Origin: the human T2T-CHM13v2.0 reference genome, Homo sapiens
DNA: 64,000 nt
NCBI RefSeq assembly: GCF_009914755.1
Contig: NC_060947.1
Direction: 5' to 3' (one strand)
In this document: one piece after another, positions 28,618-41,915 of the stretch
Numbering within the stretch: position 1 is the first letter of the stretch
Layout: each line of letters opens with the position of its first letter
Position numbers and translations under genes: made by a program
The notes under the pieces: generated by a model
The model's database searches: none
Told to the model about the DNA's origin: nothing
What the model saw: only the letters and a program-made list of their open reading frames with translations

Positions 28618-31490
28618 GGTTTAATAATAGCCTTACTGAAATATAGTTTACACGCCATAAACTTCACCCTTTGAAAGTATACAATTTAGTGGCTTTTAGT
28701 ATATTCACAGAATTATGCATCCATCATCACTATTTAATTTTAGAACATTTTCGTCACCCCCAAAAGGAGTACTATACCCCTTCTACCCTCCCTCCAGAGC
28801 CTGACAAACACTAATCTACATTCTGCTTCTATTTATTTTCCTTTTCTGGACATTTAATATAAATATAGCCATACAATATGTGGTCTTTCTTTGACTTCCT
28901 TTTTTCACTCAGTGTAATTTTTCAAGGTTCATAAATGTTGTACAATATATATATAGAATTCATTCCATTTTATTCAAAGAAAATTTTATTGTATAGATAT
29001 ACCACAGTTTGTTTATTCATTCATTAGTTAATGAACATATGGATTATTTCTACTTTTGGCTACTATCAATAACCCTGCTGTGAAAATTCATGTGCAACTT
29101 TTTGTATGGAGGTATTTTTACATTTCTTTTAGGTACATCACAATAGCGTACATGACAATTCTAGTTACTCCACATTCTTGTTGAACCTGTTATTGTCTAT
29201 CTTTTTTGTTGTAGCCATCATAAGTGGGTATAAAGTAATATTTCATTGCGATTTTGATTTGAATTTGCTTAATAACTCATATTTTAGTGTTATTTTGTGT
29301 ATATATTGGCCATTTGTATACCCTTTTTATTTTTATTTTTTAATTTACGTGGGCAAATAGTAGGTGTATATGTTTATGGGGTACATTAGTTGTTTTGATA
29401 CAGGCATTTGATGTGAAATAAGCACATCATGGAGAAGGGGGTCCATCTCCTCAAGAATTTATCCTTTGAGTTACAAACAATCCAATTACATGCTTTATGT
29501 TATTTTAAAATGTAAAATAGAGTTATTATTCACTATAGTCTCATTGTTGTGCTATCAAATAGTAGATCTACTCATTTTTTCTAACTATCTTTTGTGCCCA
29601 TTAACCATACCCATGTTCCCCCAATCCCTCCAAAACCCTTCCCAGCCACTGGTAACCATCCTTCTACTCTACGTCCTGGAGTTCAAATGTTTTGATTTTT
29701 AGATCCCAGAAATAAGTGAGAACATGCAATAGTTGAAGCAATATTTCTGTGCCTGGCTTATTTCACTTAACCTAATGATCTACTTGGGGGCATAATGATC
29801 ATAACAGTGAGTTTTCTTCTAGCCCTGGGTTGATCTAGAAATGTCATCTGGGAGCTAGGGCCTGGAATGGGGACTTCAGGACTCTCGTTGTTGTTTTACT
29901 TTACTGTGGCTCAGCTGGTATCCAAATTGCAAGACAAAGTCCTAATTACTCTTCCCACTCTTCTGGGGCTGTGAGCTGTGCTGTCTGGAGCTGGGGGAGG
30001 GGTGATGCAGATGCTCCCTTGGCCACCTCCACTAGTGTCCCACAGGATTGCATGCATCCCAAGTCCACTGGCTTCAGGCCCAGCACAACACCAGGACTTG
30101 CCCAGGAATTGCAGTCATTGTGACCTATACTACCTTTCAAGCTTATTTAGGACCCTAAAGTTCTTTAGTTTGCATTCCTGGGGCTACCTGGAGCTCAGAT
30201 TCCGACTGCTGGGATGGACGATTCTCCTCTGGCTAGGGTTAGTTGGTCTAAATACAACCCGTTTGGGGGCCAGCTGAATTCTTACCTGTGTTGCTTTCCA
30301 CTGTGACAGGGCAGCACTGAATTTAAATGCAACGTCCCACAGTTGCTTTGCTTTTCCTCCCAAAGCACACAGATTCTTTTTCTCCATTTTATGTGGCCTC
30401 TGCAGGGGATGGGGAGGGGTGGTGTATGCAGTTTAAGACTGTCTTTTCTACCCTCTTCGGTGCCTTTTGCACTGTGATTGCTCACCTGAGTTTGTTTCTT
30501 ATGAAAGTGTTTTCTTGTGTGGATAGTTGAACTTGTTGTTCCGGGGGTGGTGGTGGGGCAATTGCTGGAGGCTTCTATTTGACTGTCTTGCTCAGCGTCT
30601 TTCAGTATTTTATTATTTTTATGCTATTGTAAGAGAAATTATTTTCTTACTTTCAGTTTTTGTTTATTAATAATTTATAGGTTGCTTTCAGTATTTTCAT
30701 GTTATATTCTATGACCACGCTGAATTCATTTATTAGTTCATATATATATATATATATATATATTTAAAATCATTTTAACTGCAAGTAGAGATAGTTGCAC
30801 TTATTTATTTCCAATCTGGTTGTCTATTATTTCATTTTTTCCCCTATTTGCTCATGGAGCTCTCAGGACAATGTTAACTAGAAGTGGTAAGAACAGATAT
30901 TCATTTATTGTTTCTGAACTTAGGGAGGAAATATTTAATCTTTAACCATTGAGCATCAAATTAGCTGTGGATTTTTGTTGTTATTGAGGCTGTCAGCTTT
31001 AGGAATTTCTCTCTATTCCTAGTGTGTTGAATTTTAGGTTTTTTAATCATGAAGTATACTGGATTATGTTAAATGTGCTTCTATGTCTGTTGAGATAATC
31101 ACGTGGTTATTGAATTTATTCTATTAATATGGTACAACATACTAATAGAGTCTTGAATGTTAAATCAACCTTGCATTCACAGTTAATTCACACTTGATCA
31201 TAGAGAATAATCCTTTTTATGTGACTAGATTCAGTTTCCTAGTATTTTGTTGAGGATTTTTGCATCTATATTTACAAGTAATACTTGGTCGATAGTTTCC
31301 TTTTCTTGGAATGTTGTAGTTGAGTTTTCGTATCAGAGTAATATTACCCTAATAAAATAAATTTGAAAGTGTTTCCTCCTCTTCCATTTTTTTGGGAAAA
31401 GTTTGTGTGAAAGATTGGTACTTATTTCATTTTAAATGTTTGGAAAAAAAATGCCAGTGATGTCATATGGGCCTCTCATACTTAGGATTT
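28618..31490 (-). mobile_element. L1MB 3' UTR/ORF2 host (28618-29322 and 30601-31490)
   Basis: aaagtatacaatttagtggcttttagtatattcacag...; antisense ORF2 after 30601; (TA)n at ~30740-30763. Confidence 0.8.
29323..30600 (-). mobile_element. L1MA2-like element with 3' UTR joined to 5' UTR (ORFs missing)
   Basis: 3' UTR 29323-29782; filler; 5' UTR ~29804-30600, homologous to 20840-21627. Confidence 0.82.
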
Positions 31491-32520
31491 TTGTGTGTGT
31501 GTGTGTGTGGTTAGAACACATAAAATCTACTCTCAGCAATTTTCAAGTATACAATACATTGTTATTTACTATAGTCATCATATTGTACAATAGATCTATT
31601 GAACTTAATCCTACTATCTACCTGAAATTTTGTAGTCTTTGGCAAACATTTTACCATTTTACCCCCACCCTCTTTGACTCCTGGTAACCACTATTCCATT
31701 CTCTGCTTCTTTGAGTTTGACTTTTTTAGATTTCACAAATAAGTGAAATCATTTGGTATTTTTCTTTCTGTGCCTAGTTTATTTCACTTAATGTAATATC
31801 ATCCAGGTTCCTCCATGTCATTGCCAATAACAAGATTTGTTTCTTTTTTGAGGCTGAATAATATTTCATTCTATGCCTATACCATATTTTCATCATCCAT
31901 TCATTTGTTGATGAACACTTATGTTGATTCCATATGTTGGCTAGTGTGAATAATGCTGCAATAAATAAGACAGTGCAGCTATTTCTTTAGCATACTAATT
32001 TTATTTTCCTTGTACATATACCCATAGTGAAAATGGTGGATCACATGCTAGTTCTGTTTTTAAATTTTGAGGAACTTTTATATTATTTTCTATATGGCTC
32101 TACTAATTTGCATTTCCACCAACTGTTTACAAGGATTCCTTTTTCTCCACATTCTCAACAACAGATGTTATCTTTCATCTTTTTTTCTCATTTATAATTT
32201 ACTGAGCCACACTAGAATTTAAATTAGCACATCAATTTTTAAAATACTATTTAAAATAACAATATGCCAGGAAGTTGGTACAAAATTCTTTGTTTATTTT
32301 ATTGAATATATATTTTTAAATTTATGGATATATTGTAGTTGCTCATATTTATGGGGTACGTGTGATATTTTGATATGAGCCTACAATGTAATGATCAAAT
32401 CTATAGCCATTCTAACAAGTGTGTGGTGATATCACATTGTGGTTTTAATTTACATTGCCCTGATGATTAGTGGTGTTGAATACTTTTTCATATACTTCTT
32501 GGCTATTTGTATGTAGTCTT
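31490..32520 (-). mobile_element. L1MA7/8-like 3' UTR fragment with (TG)n and an internal insert at 32187-32401
   Basis: gaacacataaaatctactctcagcaattttcaagtatacaatac; host resumes tatagccattctaac at 32402. Confidence 0.78.
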
Positions 32521-33002
32521 ACCAAATTGGAGATACCTCTCTTTTTTTAACTTTGTTTTCTTTACCTTTAAATAGTTTTTCACTCATTGGTTTTATGATT
32601 AAACTCTCAGATAACTAATTCTCCTTATTTGAGTGTTATTGGGGTAAGATAATTCCGTATGTGTTTTGTGTTTTAAATACATTAGGCTAATAATATGGGG
32701 CTTTTTGTACTCAAGAAGATCCAGAAATTTGCTATGAAGATAAGAATTGTAATGTGTTCATTGAACCGGACTTAAGAAATCTGTCTGGACTTAAGAAATC
32801 CTTATATGAAATAAGGATTTTCATAATCACAACTGAGTATGATTTTCCAGAAAACTTAACACACATAGAGATTTAATACAGCATTATTCTATCTGTATGA
32901 TAGTTATAGTTATCTATAGATATATCACTTTCACAATCTACAAATGATTAATACAAGAAAACTAATTGTTCGCATATAAAATAAAGTTACAAAATGATTT
33001 TT

Positions 33003-33385
33003 ATAAGTCAACTTAGGCTAAGTTTTGCTACCATAACTTTCAACTGAAGAATTTCAGAGTTATACCACAACAAAGTATATTTCTCACTCACTTTACATAC
33101 CTATTGTAGGTCAGATATGACTTTATTCAAGAGCCCAGACTGACCATAACCCCTAACATACTGATAGTCTCATGGCTGATAAAAACATATAAATAGCAAG
33201 ATACATTCTGGCCATAAACTTCTCTCCTTAGACATGACCCAATTCATGTCTACTTACAAGTCATAAAGTTAAACCTATATCTAAGGCACAGAAAAATATA
33301 TTATTCTACTGATAGAGTTATCATAGGAAGAAAAAGCGAGGTAAAGTGTGGTAAATATGTTAAACAATAAAGCAGTATGCTGTAC
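33003..33385 (-). mobile_element. MLT1I/J-like MaLR LTR
   Basis: taggctaagttttgct...acaacaaagtatatttctcactcac. Confidence 0.55.
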
Positions 33386-33459
33386 CTTCGTATCTCCTAC
33401 CTCAGAAACCAGTTATGTGTCTTTTCAAGGCATCTCTAAGCACCTGCTCCTTTGTTTGC

Positions 33460-33860
33460 ATCAAATCTTATCTGCATGCATTATTAATTCATGTGAACTA
33501 ACTGCATAATAAAAGATTAGGGTGGGGTGGCCAAAAATTTGCACCCTATACAAATGGCACACCTAGTCCTAACCAGTTTTTAACACCTTATGAAAATGGC
33601 ACACCTACTCTAACCAATTTTTTGCACCCTATGTAAATCTGACGCTGCTTCCTCAGGCTCATCTACATAACTCTCTGCATTTCACCACAGAAGCAGAAAA
33701 CCCACTTGGGACCCCTCTCTCTGCAGGAGAGAGTTCTTCTCTTTCTTTTGCCTAATAAAGCTCAGTTCTTAACCTCACTCCTTGTGTGTCCACATACTTG
33801 ATTTTCTCAGCATGAGACAATAAACCTCAGGTATTACCCTAGACAAAAGATGCCATTTCA
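33460..33860 (+). mobile_element. ERV1 MER4-group LTR 3' part (MER50-like)
   Basis: Repeated aaatggcacaccta..ctaacca units; gggacccctctct; ends ccctagacaaaagatgccatttca. Confidence 0.7.
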
Positions 33861-33936
33861 ACATTACATAAAGATATAACAAAAACAACCACCACCGCAT
33901 AATGAATTCAGTCTGGCTGATTTAAATGAAGGTGTC

Positions 33937-34721
33937 TGATATAGTTTGAATGTTGTCCCCACCCAAATCTCATTTCAAAATGTAAACTCCAGTGTTGGAG
34001 GTGGGACCTGGTGGGAGGTGACTGAATCATGGGGGCATGATATGGTTTGGCTGTGTACCCACCCAAATCTCATCTTCAATTATAGCTCCCATAATCCCCA
34101 AGTGTTATGGGAGGGACCTATGACTAGGTAATTGAATCATGGGTGTGAGTTTTTCCCATGCTGTTCTCATGATAGTGAATAAATCTCACAAGATCTGATG
34201 ATTTTATAAAGGGCAGTTCCCCTGCACATGCTCCCTTGCCTGTCACCATTTAAGACGTGACTTTGCTCCTCCTTTTCCTTCCACCATGACTGTGAGGCCT
34301 CCCCAGCCATGTGAAACTGTGAGTCCATTAAACCTCTTTTTCTTCATAAATTACCCAGTGTTGGGTATGTCTTTATTAGCAGCATGGGAATGGACTAATT
34401 CAGGGTGGATTTCTCACGAATGGTTTAGCACCATCCCCTTAGTGCTGTTCTCATGATCGTGAGTGAGTTCTCATGAGACCTGGTTGTTTAAGTGTGTGTC
34501 ATCTCCCCTCGCACTCTTTCTCCTGCTTTTGCCATTTGACATGTTGTCTCCCACTTCACCTTCTGCCATGATCATAAGCTTCCAGAGGCCTCCCCTGAAA
34601 CAGATGCTGGTGTTATGCTTTCTGTAGAACCTACAGAACCATAAGCCAATTAAACTTATTTTCCTATAAATTACCCAGTCTAAGGTAGTTATTTATAGCA
34701 ATGCAAAACCAGACAAATACA
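33937..34721 (+). mobile_element. MSTB solo LTR, split by a THE1C
   Basis: tgatatagtttgaatg start; gaatggtttagcaccatcccc; ends agacaaataca. Confidence 0.85.
34038..34402 (+). mobile_element. THE1C solo LTR
   Basis: tgatatggtttggctgtg...gggcagttcccctgcac...ggactaattca; TSD gggca/gggtg. Confidence 0.88.
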
Positions 34722-35229
34722 GTGGTTTAGTAAGGGATATGAGGTGGCTCACGGTTTTGTGAGGTCTAGAGAAAGCATCTAGGAGCTAGCACACTACATC
34801 AAGAAGCACAATTGTCTTAATTGGGAAAGTGCAGCTGCAGATATGAAAGCAATTGCTACCATCAATAAAGACTGGGAGCTGGACTTTACCATCATTATTA
34901 TTTTTCCATCTTTTCTATCACTATTTCTGTGATAGCAAGTAGTCCCTGCTTTCACTGACACATAGATGCCTCTTTTGCCAACTGGGCCAGACAGACAGGA
35001 TGGAAGATCCTCCTTGTCCTATTTTCACACCCTGCTCAATTTTGAATGAAATTTGCCCATAGTGTCCCTTGTTGATAGAGCCAAAGTTCACATGTCTGTT
35101 TCTTGCTGAAAGGGAGGTTTGGAATATGGGATTCTGATTCTTATCTTTGTGGGATAAATCAACTATACAATGTAGAAATTTCCTAAAGTTTAGAAAAACT
35201 ATTATTAATTTGAAATAATGAGCAACAAT

Positions 35230-36960
35230 GAATATGATTTTTATATACCTCTACACATAGAAATAACTGATTAATTGGGTAAAAGAAAGCTGGAAGCCAA
35301 ATCCTCAAGAAGGAAGCTAACATAAAACAAAATGTTTCTAATAAGAAAACCATAGAAAGCCTTGGGAATAGTAGGCAAAACCTTTTCTCTCCAGTTTTTT
35401 TTTTTTTTTTTTTGGTGGTATGATTGAAAAAATAATCTTGAATTTTTTGCTCACAAGGTGGGTTTAACATTGGAGAATTGGTTGCAAATTTTTAAAATGA
35501 GCAGTGTGACCTTAAATCTCTTGACCCAACCAACAGTGTCTAGATACCTCTCCACCCCTGCCCTCCAGGTCTTGCAATTTATTCTCTAGAGAGGTTAAGC
35601 CAGAGAGGATATAGACAAGAGGGCACTAGGCACCACTGAAGACAGGGTGGGATGCCATAGTTAAAACAGGATAATTAAGTGTGTTCTGTTAATAGAACTG
35701 TGAGAATATCCCAACACTATCTCCATTCAGTTTGAGAAACCATAAAATAGTTCCTGATTGGCTCAGGAGCAAAGACCTAGACATACTGCCATTTGTGGAG
35801 CTCCTGATTAAATGGCTGGAATTCTTACCTACCTATTTGCAAAGGCCAATATTTTATAAGCCTCATTTATGCACAAAGTATATGCAATAATTTTATTTTT
35901 ATCTCACTTGTAAATATAAGTGGACAGCCAAAAATTCTGGCACTTGGGAAACTGTAACATAAAAGACAGAGAAAAGAGAAAAAGAAAGAGAAAAAGGAAG
36001 AGTGGAAGAGAAGAAGGGGGAGAACAATATGCTTATAGGCAGGGAGAAGAAAATTAAAGTAATGATAATAATACAAAAACATTATTTTTAGGAAAATGAC
36101 AAAATACTGTATTCATTGAAGAAGCAGTAGATAGTATTAAAATTAAGAAAAAAACCAACTGACAGGCTAGAATGATATCTTGGAAATAAAATTGAAATGC
36201 TAATAAAAGCTTAGGGGATAATTTCAAGACAATACCTCAAAGCAGAAAAAAATGAGAAATAGGACAAAAAAACTTTAGAAAATTAGAGGATAAGTAAGAG
36301 ATGAGTAAAATCTAAATAACAAGAGATTCAGAAAGAAACAGTGAGAAAAAATGTCAGAAAATTATTCTTGAAATCTTCTAAGAAAACTTTCCAGAAGTAA
36401 AGAACATGAATTCCTCAGATTGAAAGTGCCTGCTTAGTAAGAGCAAAATAATAATAAAAATACACAATCATAGAAACCTACACTAATGATAAAGAGAAAA
36501 TCTTAATATATTCCAGGGAGTTGGGATACTAAGGATCAAAGATCAGAATGGCATTGGATGCCTCGCTGACAAAATGGGAACCTACAAGATAATGAAGAAG
36601 TATTTGCACATTTTAAAGCACAAGTTATTTCCAAACTAAAATATTGTACACAACTGAACTATCAAACATGAAAATATAATAAAGGCATTTTAGAGTGTGA
36701 ATGGACACTCTATAATGGGTAAAGAAAGTTACTGGAGGAAGTGCTCCACCAAATGTTAGGAAGTAAATGATGAGAGGGGAAAACATGGAATGTAGGAAAT
36801 AGGGATACAACACAGATGAGTGGTTACTAAAATTCTCAGGCTGATGCTGAAGAAGAAGGAGATGGAGACAAATCCAAGAAAAGTGTGAAATTAATAGGTA
36901 GCTGATGTATTTAAATACTTGATTACAGGTTTTGAGTTCTATTTAAAAAGACTGAAGATA
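35230..36960 (+). mobile_element. HAL1 (half-L1) element, decayed ORF1-like region
   Basis: A-rich ORF1-like sequence; ttactggaggaagtgctccaccaaa...ggaaatagggatacaacacag HAL1 motif. Confidence 0.7.
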
Positions 36961-37109
36961 AGATAATATGAATGTATTTAAGTAAGCATGTGACTATATT
37001 GTAATGAAGCGGATCTTATAATTCAAGTCTACACTAAATTTTCAGGGTTTTATATATAGAGAGAAACAACTCTCCTCAGGAAACCCTTTGCAAAGAAGAA
37101 ATGACCATT

Positions 37110-37317
37110 TGGTTATTCACTTATTCAACAAATGCTAGTGACGTCCTACTATGTATCAGGCACTCATCTAGGTGCTGGGGATATAGGAGGGAACAAAACA
37201 GACAAAAATCCATGTCCTATGGAGCTGGCAGTCTAGTGGGGAAGAAGAGAGAAAACTAACAAAATGAATTAACAAAGTAACAATAGATGGTGTCAAATGC
37301 TAACAACAAAAATAAAG
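37110..37317 (-). mobile_element. L2 3' end
   Basis: attcacttattcaacaaat...ctactatgtatcaggcac...ggtgctggggata. Confidence 0.8.
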
Positions 37318-37611
37318 AAAACAATGAAGATGGCTAATGAGTGCAAAAACGTAGTTAAATAGAATGAATAAGATCTATTATTTGATAGCAGAACAAAATG
37401 ACTATAGTCAATAATAATATGTTGTATATTTTAAAATTACTAAAAGGATGAAATTGGAATGTTCCTAATACAGAAAATGATAAATGCTTGAGGTGATAGA
37501 TATTCCAATTACCCTGCTGTGATTATTCTACATTGTATGTTTTTTTATCAGAACATCACATGTACCTCATGAATATATACACCTATTATGTACCCATAGT
37601 AACTGAAAATT
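37318..37611 (+). mobile_element. L1MA4-like 3' end inserted in the L2
   Basis: gaatgaataagatct...cacctattatgtacccata; TSD aaaaataaag at 37308-37317 and 37612-37621. Confidence 0.82.
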
Positions 37612-38084
37612 AAAAATAAAGCATCTTTTAAAGTTAGGGAGTGCCAAAAGGGTGGAGTAGAGGGAGAAAGGGTAGGTCTTAACAGAACTGCCATTGATGG
37701 ATAAGGGGGCCTGCAAGGTTGTTCCAAAAGAAGAGTCAGCCCATTGCAGAACTGTCAGTTATCCTGTCCCACGAATGATTCGAACCACTTGTCATAAGGT
37801 CTGAGAAAGTCTAGTGAGTCCCACAACTGATTGTGTAGTGGTCTTTTCACCACCACAGCTGATTAAATTAGCATCAACTACAGACATTTATTTGACCATT
37901 TCATAAGAGCAAGTTTTTTGGGTAGTGCTCAGACAATTGAATTTAGCTTAAATAATTTTGGTTGATGCATTATTTTGAATTGGTAATAGTTTTTTATCAG
38001 GGTTTTTCAAATGGGCATTGTAGCCAACAGATATGAATTTAAAATTCTTGCTCTGCCACTTACTCTCAGTGATTTTTCCAAGGG

Positions 38085-38320
38085 TCATACACTTGGTTTC
38101 TCAGGTTGCAAAATCTGACACGGAGTTTAGCAGACAGGATAGTTAGTAAGGAGTTCCCTGGGGATCAATACCTGGGGAAAGGAAAAGAAAAAAACTGGAA
38201 AGAAGAAAAAGTCAAGCTTCAGTCTCAATGGGCAGTCTCAGTGGAGGCCCCAACCATTCCCATGGAGAGCTTAGGAGCTGGGAAAATTTTTCCCGGTTGC
38301 CCCAACATGGGCCAAGACAG
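38085..38320 (-). mobile_element. LTR16C-like fragment
   Basis: tctgacacggagtttagc...gggatcaatacctg...ggagctggga. Confidence 0.6.
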
Positions 38321-38924
38321 ATACATTTTCTATTTACTTTCTTTCATGTATTTCAATGGAGATTTGTCAAATACAGAAAAACTATGTGATTGATAGAACA
38401 ATAATTATGAAAACATATGGGTATAAGTTTTTGGCATGGATAGAAATATTGTTAAGCATTCTGTATAACACGAAGGTAACAAAAATAAGATTTCCTTTTT
38501 ACAGGAGAGGAGATTTTCCAACGGGGAACACACCCGGATGAGAAACTTAGTCATGGCCAGAATTTAAAAGCTGCCCTGAGTGCATTCAGATATTCAAAAT
38601 TATTTTTAGGCTTCATTGTCTCCCTGACAATGCCTTTCTATTTTGAGGTCATAAGAAGTTTGGAAGCCATCCTTTATAGTGGTTGCATTTTAACTTGCAG
38701 TTTGTAAAACACATATTTTCAGATACAAACAAGGCTTTTGTAATCAACATGCAGTTTTAAAATGTGGTTTTGTTTTCAGTTGTGGGTGTTCAGTTGGACT
38801 GTTTTGTTGGCTTCCTAAACTGTCAATCCCTTCTCCAGCTCTCCACTGATGTCATATCTACCCTTTAAAGTGTAAGGACTGACTATGCCTTAAGCAGAAG
38901 CAATTTCCCAAATGAATGAACTTC

Positions 38925-39385
38925 AGACCACTTAGCATGACTTCCCAGACCCTGGATGCCCCTTGGGCCTCATCACCTGCAACTGCCCCACTTTCACTCT
39001 GAGAGCCAAGTCCCTGCCAAGGTCCCTGCATTGTTTGTAGTTGCATATGCTTTATTTTATGCCTGGAATTTATTTCAATTGTTTCTTTCCTGTGAACTCC
39101 TTCCCAACTCAAAAATCAACTCAAATATAATTTTCCCAATGAACATGTTGCTGAGTATCTCAGAAAAGTGTTTTCATGGCCTTGCTGTGGTCCTATAGCA
39201 TTCACATACACAAAGCCATTACAGTTGTGATCGAATGTGCTGTACTTGTTTAAATGTTTTAAAACATCTTTCTATGTATTTGGAAGTGTCCTGAGAGTAC
39301 TATATTCCATCCTCATGCCCAGGTCAGTTCATGGAAAACACCAGGCATTCAATGAATAATTGTGAATAAATAAGTGAATCAATCT
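38925..39385 (+). mobile_element. L2 3' fragment
   Basis: tgcctggaat...ggcattcaatgaataattgtgaataaataagtgaat tail. Confidence 0.6.
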
Positions 39386-39611
39386 TCATTATATAATGTT
39401 CAAGAACTTATTCTATAGGCCAGGGGAACATGGATTTAGGAAATACACTATGTGTTCTGTTCTAAATTTCTCCTGCAATAATTTAAGATTACTTACACTT
39501 TAGAAGTATACCCCCATTGTAACATACTAAGCATTTTACAAGTGAAAGAGTAAATGTTATCACAATAAGTTACTCTCACAACTTCGTAATCATTTTCATT
39601 TTAATGTTGAA

Positions 39612-39949
39612 TGTATTAGTCCATTCTCACGCTGCCATAAAGAACTGCCTGGGATTGGGTAATTTGTAAAGAAAAGAGATTTAATTGGCTCACAGTGTCA
39701 CATGGCTGAGGAAACCTCAGGAGACTTACAATCACGGCAGAAGGCACCTCTTCACATGGTGGCAGGAGAGAGAATGAGTGAAAGCAGGGGAAATGCCACA
39801 CGCTTATAAAACCATCAGATCTCGGGAACAGCACAGGGAAAAACCGTCCCCATGATTCCATTATCTCCACTTGGTCCCACCCTTGGCACGTGGAGATTAT
39901 TACAATTCAAGGTGAGATTTTGGTGGGGACACAGAGCCAAACCATATCA
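39612..39949 (-). mobile_element. THE1D solo LTR
   Basis: tgtattagtccattctcacgctg...ggcacctcttcac...ccaaaccatatca. Confidence 0.88.
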
Positions 39950-40769
39950 TTAAGTATGGATTCAGTTTTTAAAAAAAATGATTCCAAAAGTGAACCCATT
40001 TTGTTTTTTAAAAAAAAAATGGTTCCTCAAAATAAATTGAAATGATAATATATTTAAACTCTGACCCATGCAATGAGAAGTAGGGCTAAATTAAAAACTG
40101 TACTCGTTAAACTTAAGCAATGTAAGAATCTCAGGTTTTTATAAATTCTAGAGGCTTAAGACACATTAAATTCTACCCCTGTAGGTGTTTTATGTGCTAA
40201 ATCAAATTTTATATGGTGGCTACTCAAGAGAGCTCCCAGTAAGAACTGTACTATTTCATTTTACTCCATTCTTCATTTACTTCCTAACAATGAGAAATCA
40301 GAAGTAAAGAATAAAGAAAAAAGGGAGAGAATGAGCAAAGAATAGTGAGAAATTACCCTGGCAAAACGAACACCTGGGATAATTCAGTGTCTCAGACAGA
40401 GCTATGTAGATTTTAAAAGTGTATAAATTTGAAAAATAAAGATTTTACAGGAAAAGTATCCAAGTTCTGGAACAGTAGAACTGAAATTCGTTTTAATGTT
40501 CCAATAATAAATGGCATATTACTCCCCATCAGAATTTTGGAATATAAAATGACCAAGACCAGTTATAACACTAAATAACACAATGGCATGAAAACCACAT
40601 CAGCCAGCAAGACGGTGAGAGCTCATAAAGATCACCATGCTCCCCTGCTGCCTTTCCACCAAATGCAAATCAACAGAAAATGGCATTTCAACATTGCACT
40701 CCAGAAAATATTAAATATGAAATTATTCCTGATGCTGGAAGTAAGTGGGCTTCATTGACTTTTTCCCCT

Positions 40770-41250
40770 GACTTTTTCCTCACCTTTTTTCAGGGTTTAT
40801 GGCAGAGACCTCTATAACAGAAGACAGATTAACAAGAGGAAATCGTACATATGTATTTAATGTGAGTTTTATTTGACATGGGAGGATTCAGAAATGAAAA
40901 CCCAAAGAAACAGAGACCTGTTTATTTTTATCTTTGGTTTGATGAAGAGTAGACAGTCATACATAAGTATGGATTGGACAAAGAGGGTATGATCTAATGG
41001 CTAATAAACTGGGAGGGGCTTAGCAAGGCCTGTTTGTTCAGATTCTTCTCTGTGTCCCTGTGCTTCCAGAGACAAAGATGTTCTTTTCCTCCAGGTATAG
41101 GGAGGGCACCTCTGGAAAAAAGATCTTATAACTTGCTTCAGAGAAGGACAGGAAAAGGTTAAAAAAAAAATGACCTTCTTAGATTGTACTGTTTTTTTTT
41201 TTAAACACCAAGGTGCCATATTTTGGGGCAGCATGCTCCAAATCCCATTA
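40770..41250 (-). mobile_element. MER34-family LTR
   Basis: gacagattaacaagag...ccaaggtgccatattttggggcagcatg. Confidence 0.75.
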
Positions 41251-41356
41251 ATGTCAGATCCACGTCCATTGTAGAAACATTAAATACTGCCATGAAAGAT
41301 TTGGAAGGTATAGTTCTCAATAAAGTGTTCCCAGTTGCAAACTATTATGTAAAACA

Positions 41357-41478
41357 CTGATTCTCAAATTTGGCTGTGCATTAGGATTACCTGGAGAGTT
41401 TAAAAAACTATGGCTGACAAAACCCCATAACTAGTCACTGTGATGTAATGGTGTGGGCAGTGACCTGTAGCATACGGA
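41357..41478 (+). mobile_element. MER5-like hAT-Charlie fragment
   Basis: ttctcaaatttggctgtgcattaggattacctggagag. Confidence 0.6.
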
Positions 41479-41728
41479 TTTATTTATTTATTTATTTATA
41501 TTTTACTTTAAGTTCTGGGATACATGTGCAGAAGGTGCAGGTGTATTACATAGGTATACATGTCCCTTGGTGGTTTGCTGCACCTATTGACCCGTCCTCT
41601 AAGTTCCCTCTGCATGCCCCCCCACCCCTCAACAGGCCCTGGTGTGTGTTGTTTGTTCCCCTTCCTGTGTCCATGGGTTCTCATTGTTCAAATCCCACTT
41701 ATCAGTGGGAATATGTGGTGTTCAGTTG
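41478..41728 (-). mobile_element. L1PA8-like 3' end
   Basis: (TTTA)n tail; ctttaagttctgggatacatgtgcag; gacccgtcctctaagttccc. Confidence 0.85.
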
Positions 41729-41732
41729 CGGT

Positions 41733-41915
41733 TCAACTTTTATTTTAGATTCAGGGGCACGTGTGCAAGTTTGTTACATGGGTATATTATGTGATGCTGA
41801 GGTTTGGGGTGCAATTGATCCCATCGCCCAGGTACTGAGCATAGCATCCAATAATTTTTCAACCCTGTCTCCCTCCCTTGCTGCCACCTCTCATAGTTCC
41901 CAGTGCTTTTTGTTC
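41733..41915 (-). mobile_element. L1PA16-like 3' end
   Basis: caacttttattttagattcagggg...tgatgctgaggtttgggg. Confidence 0.8.
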
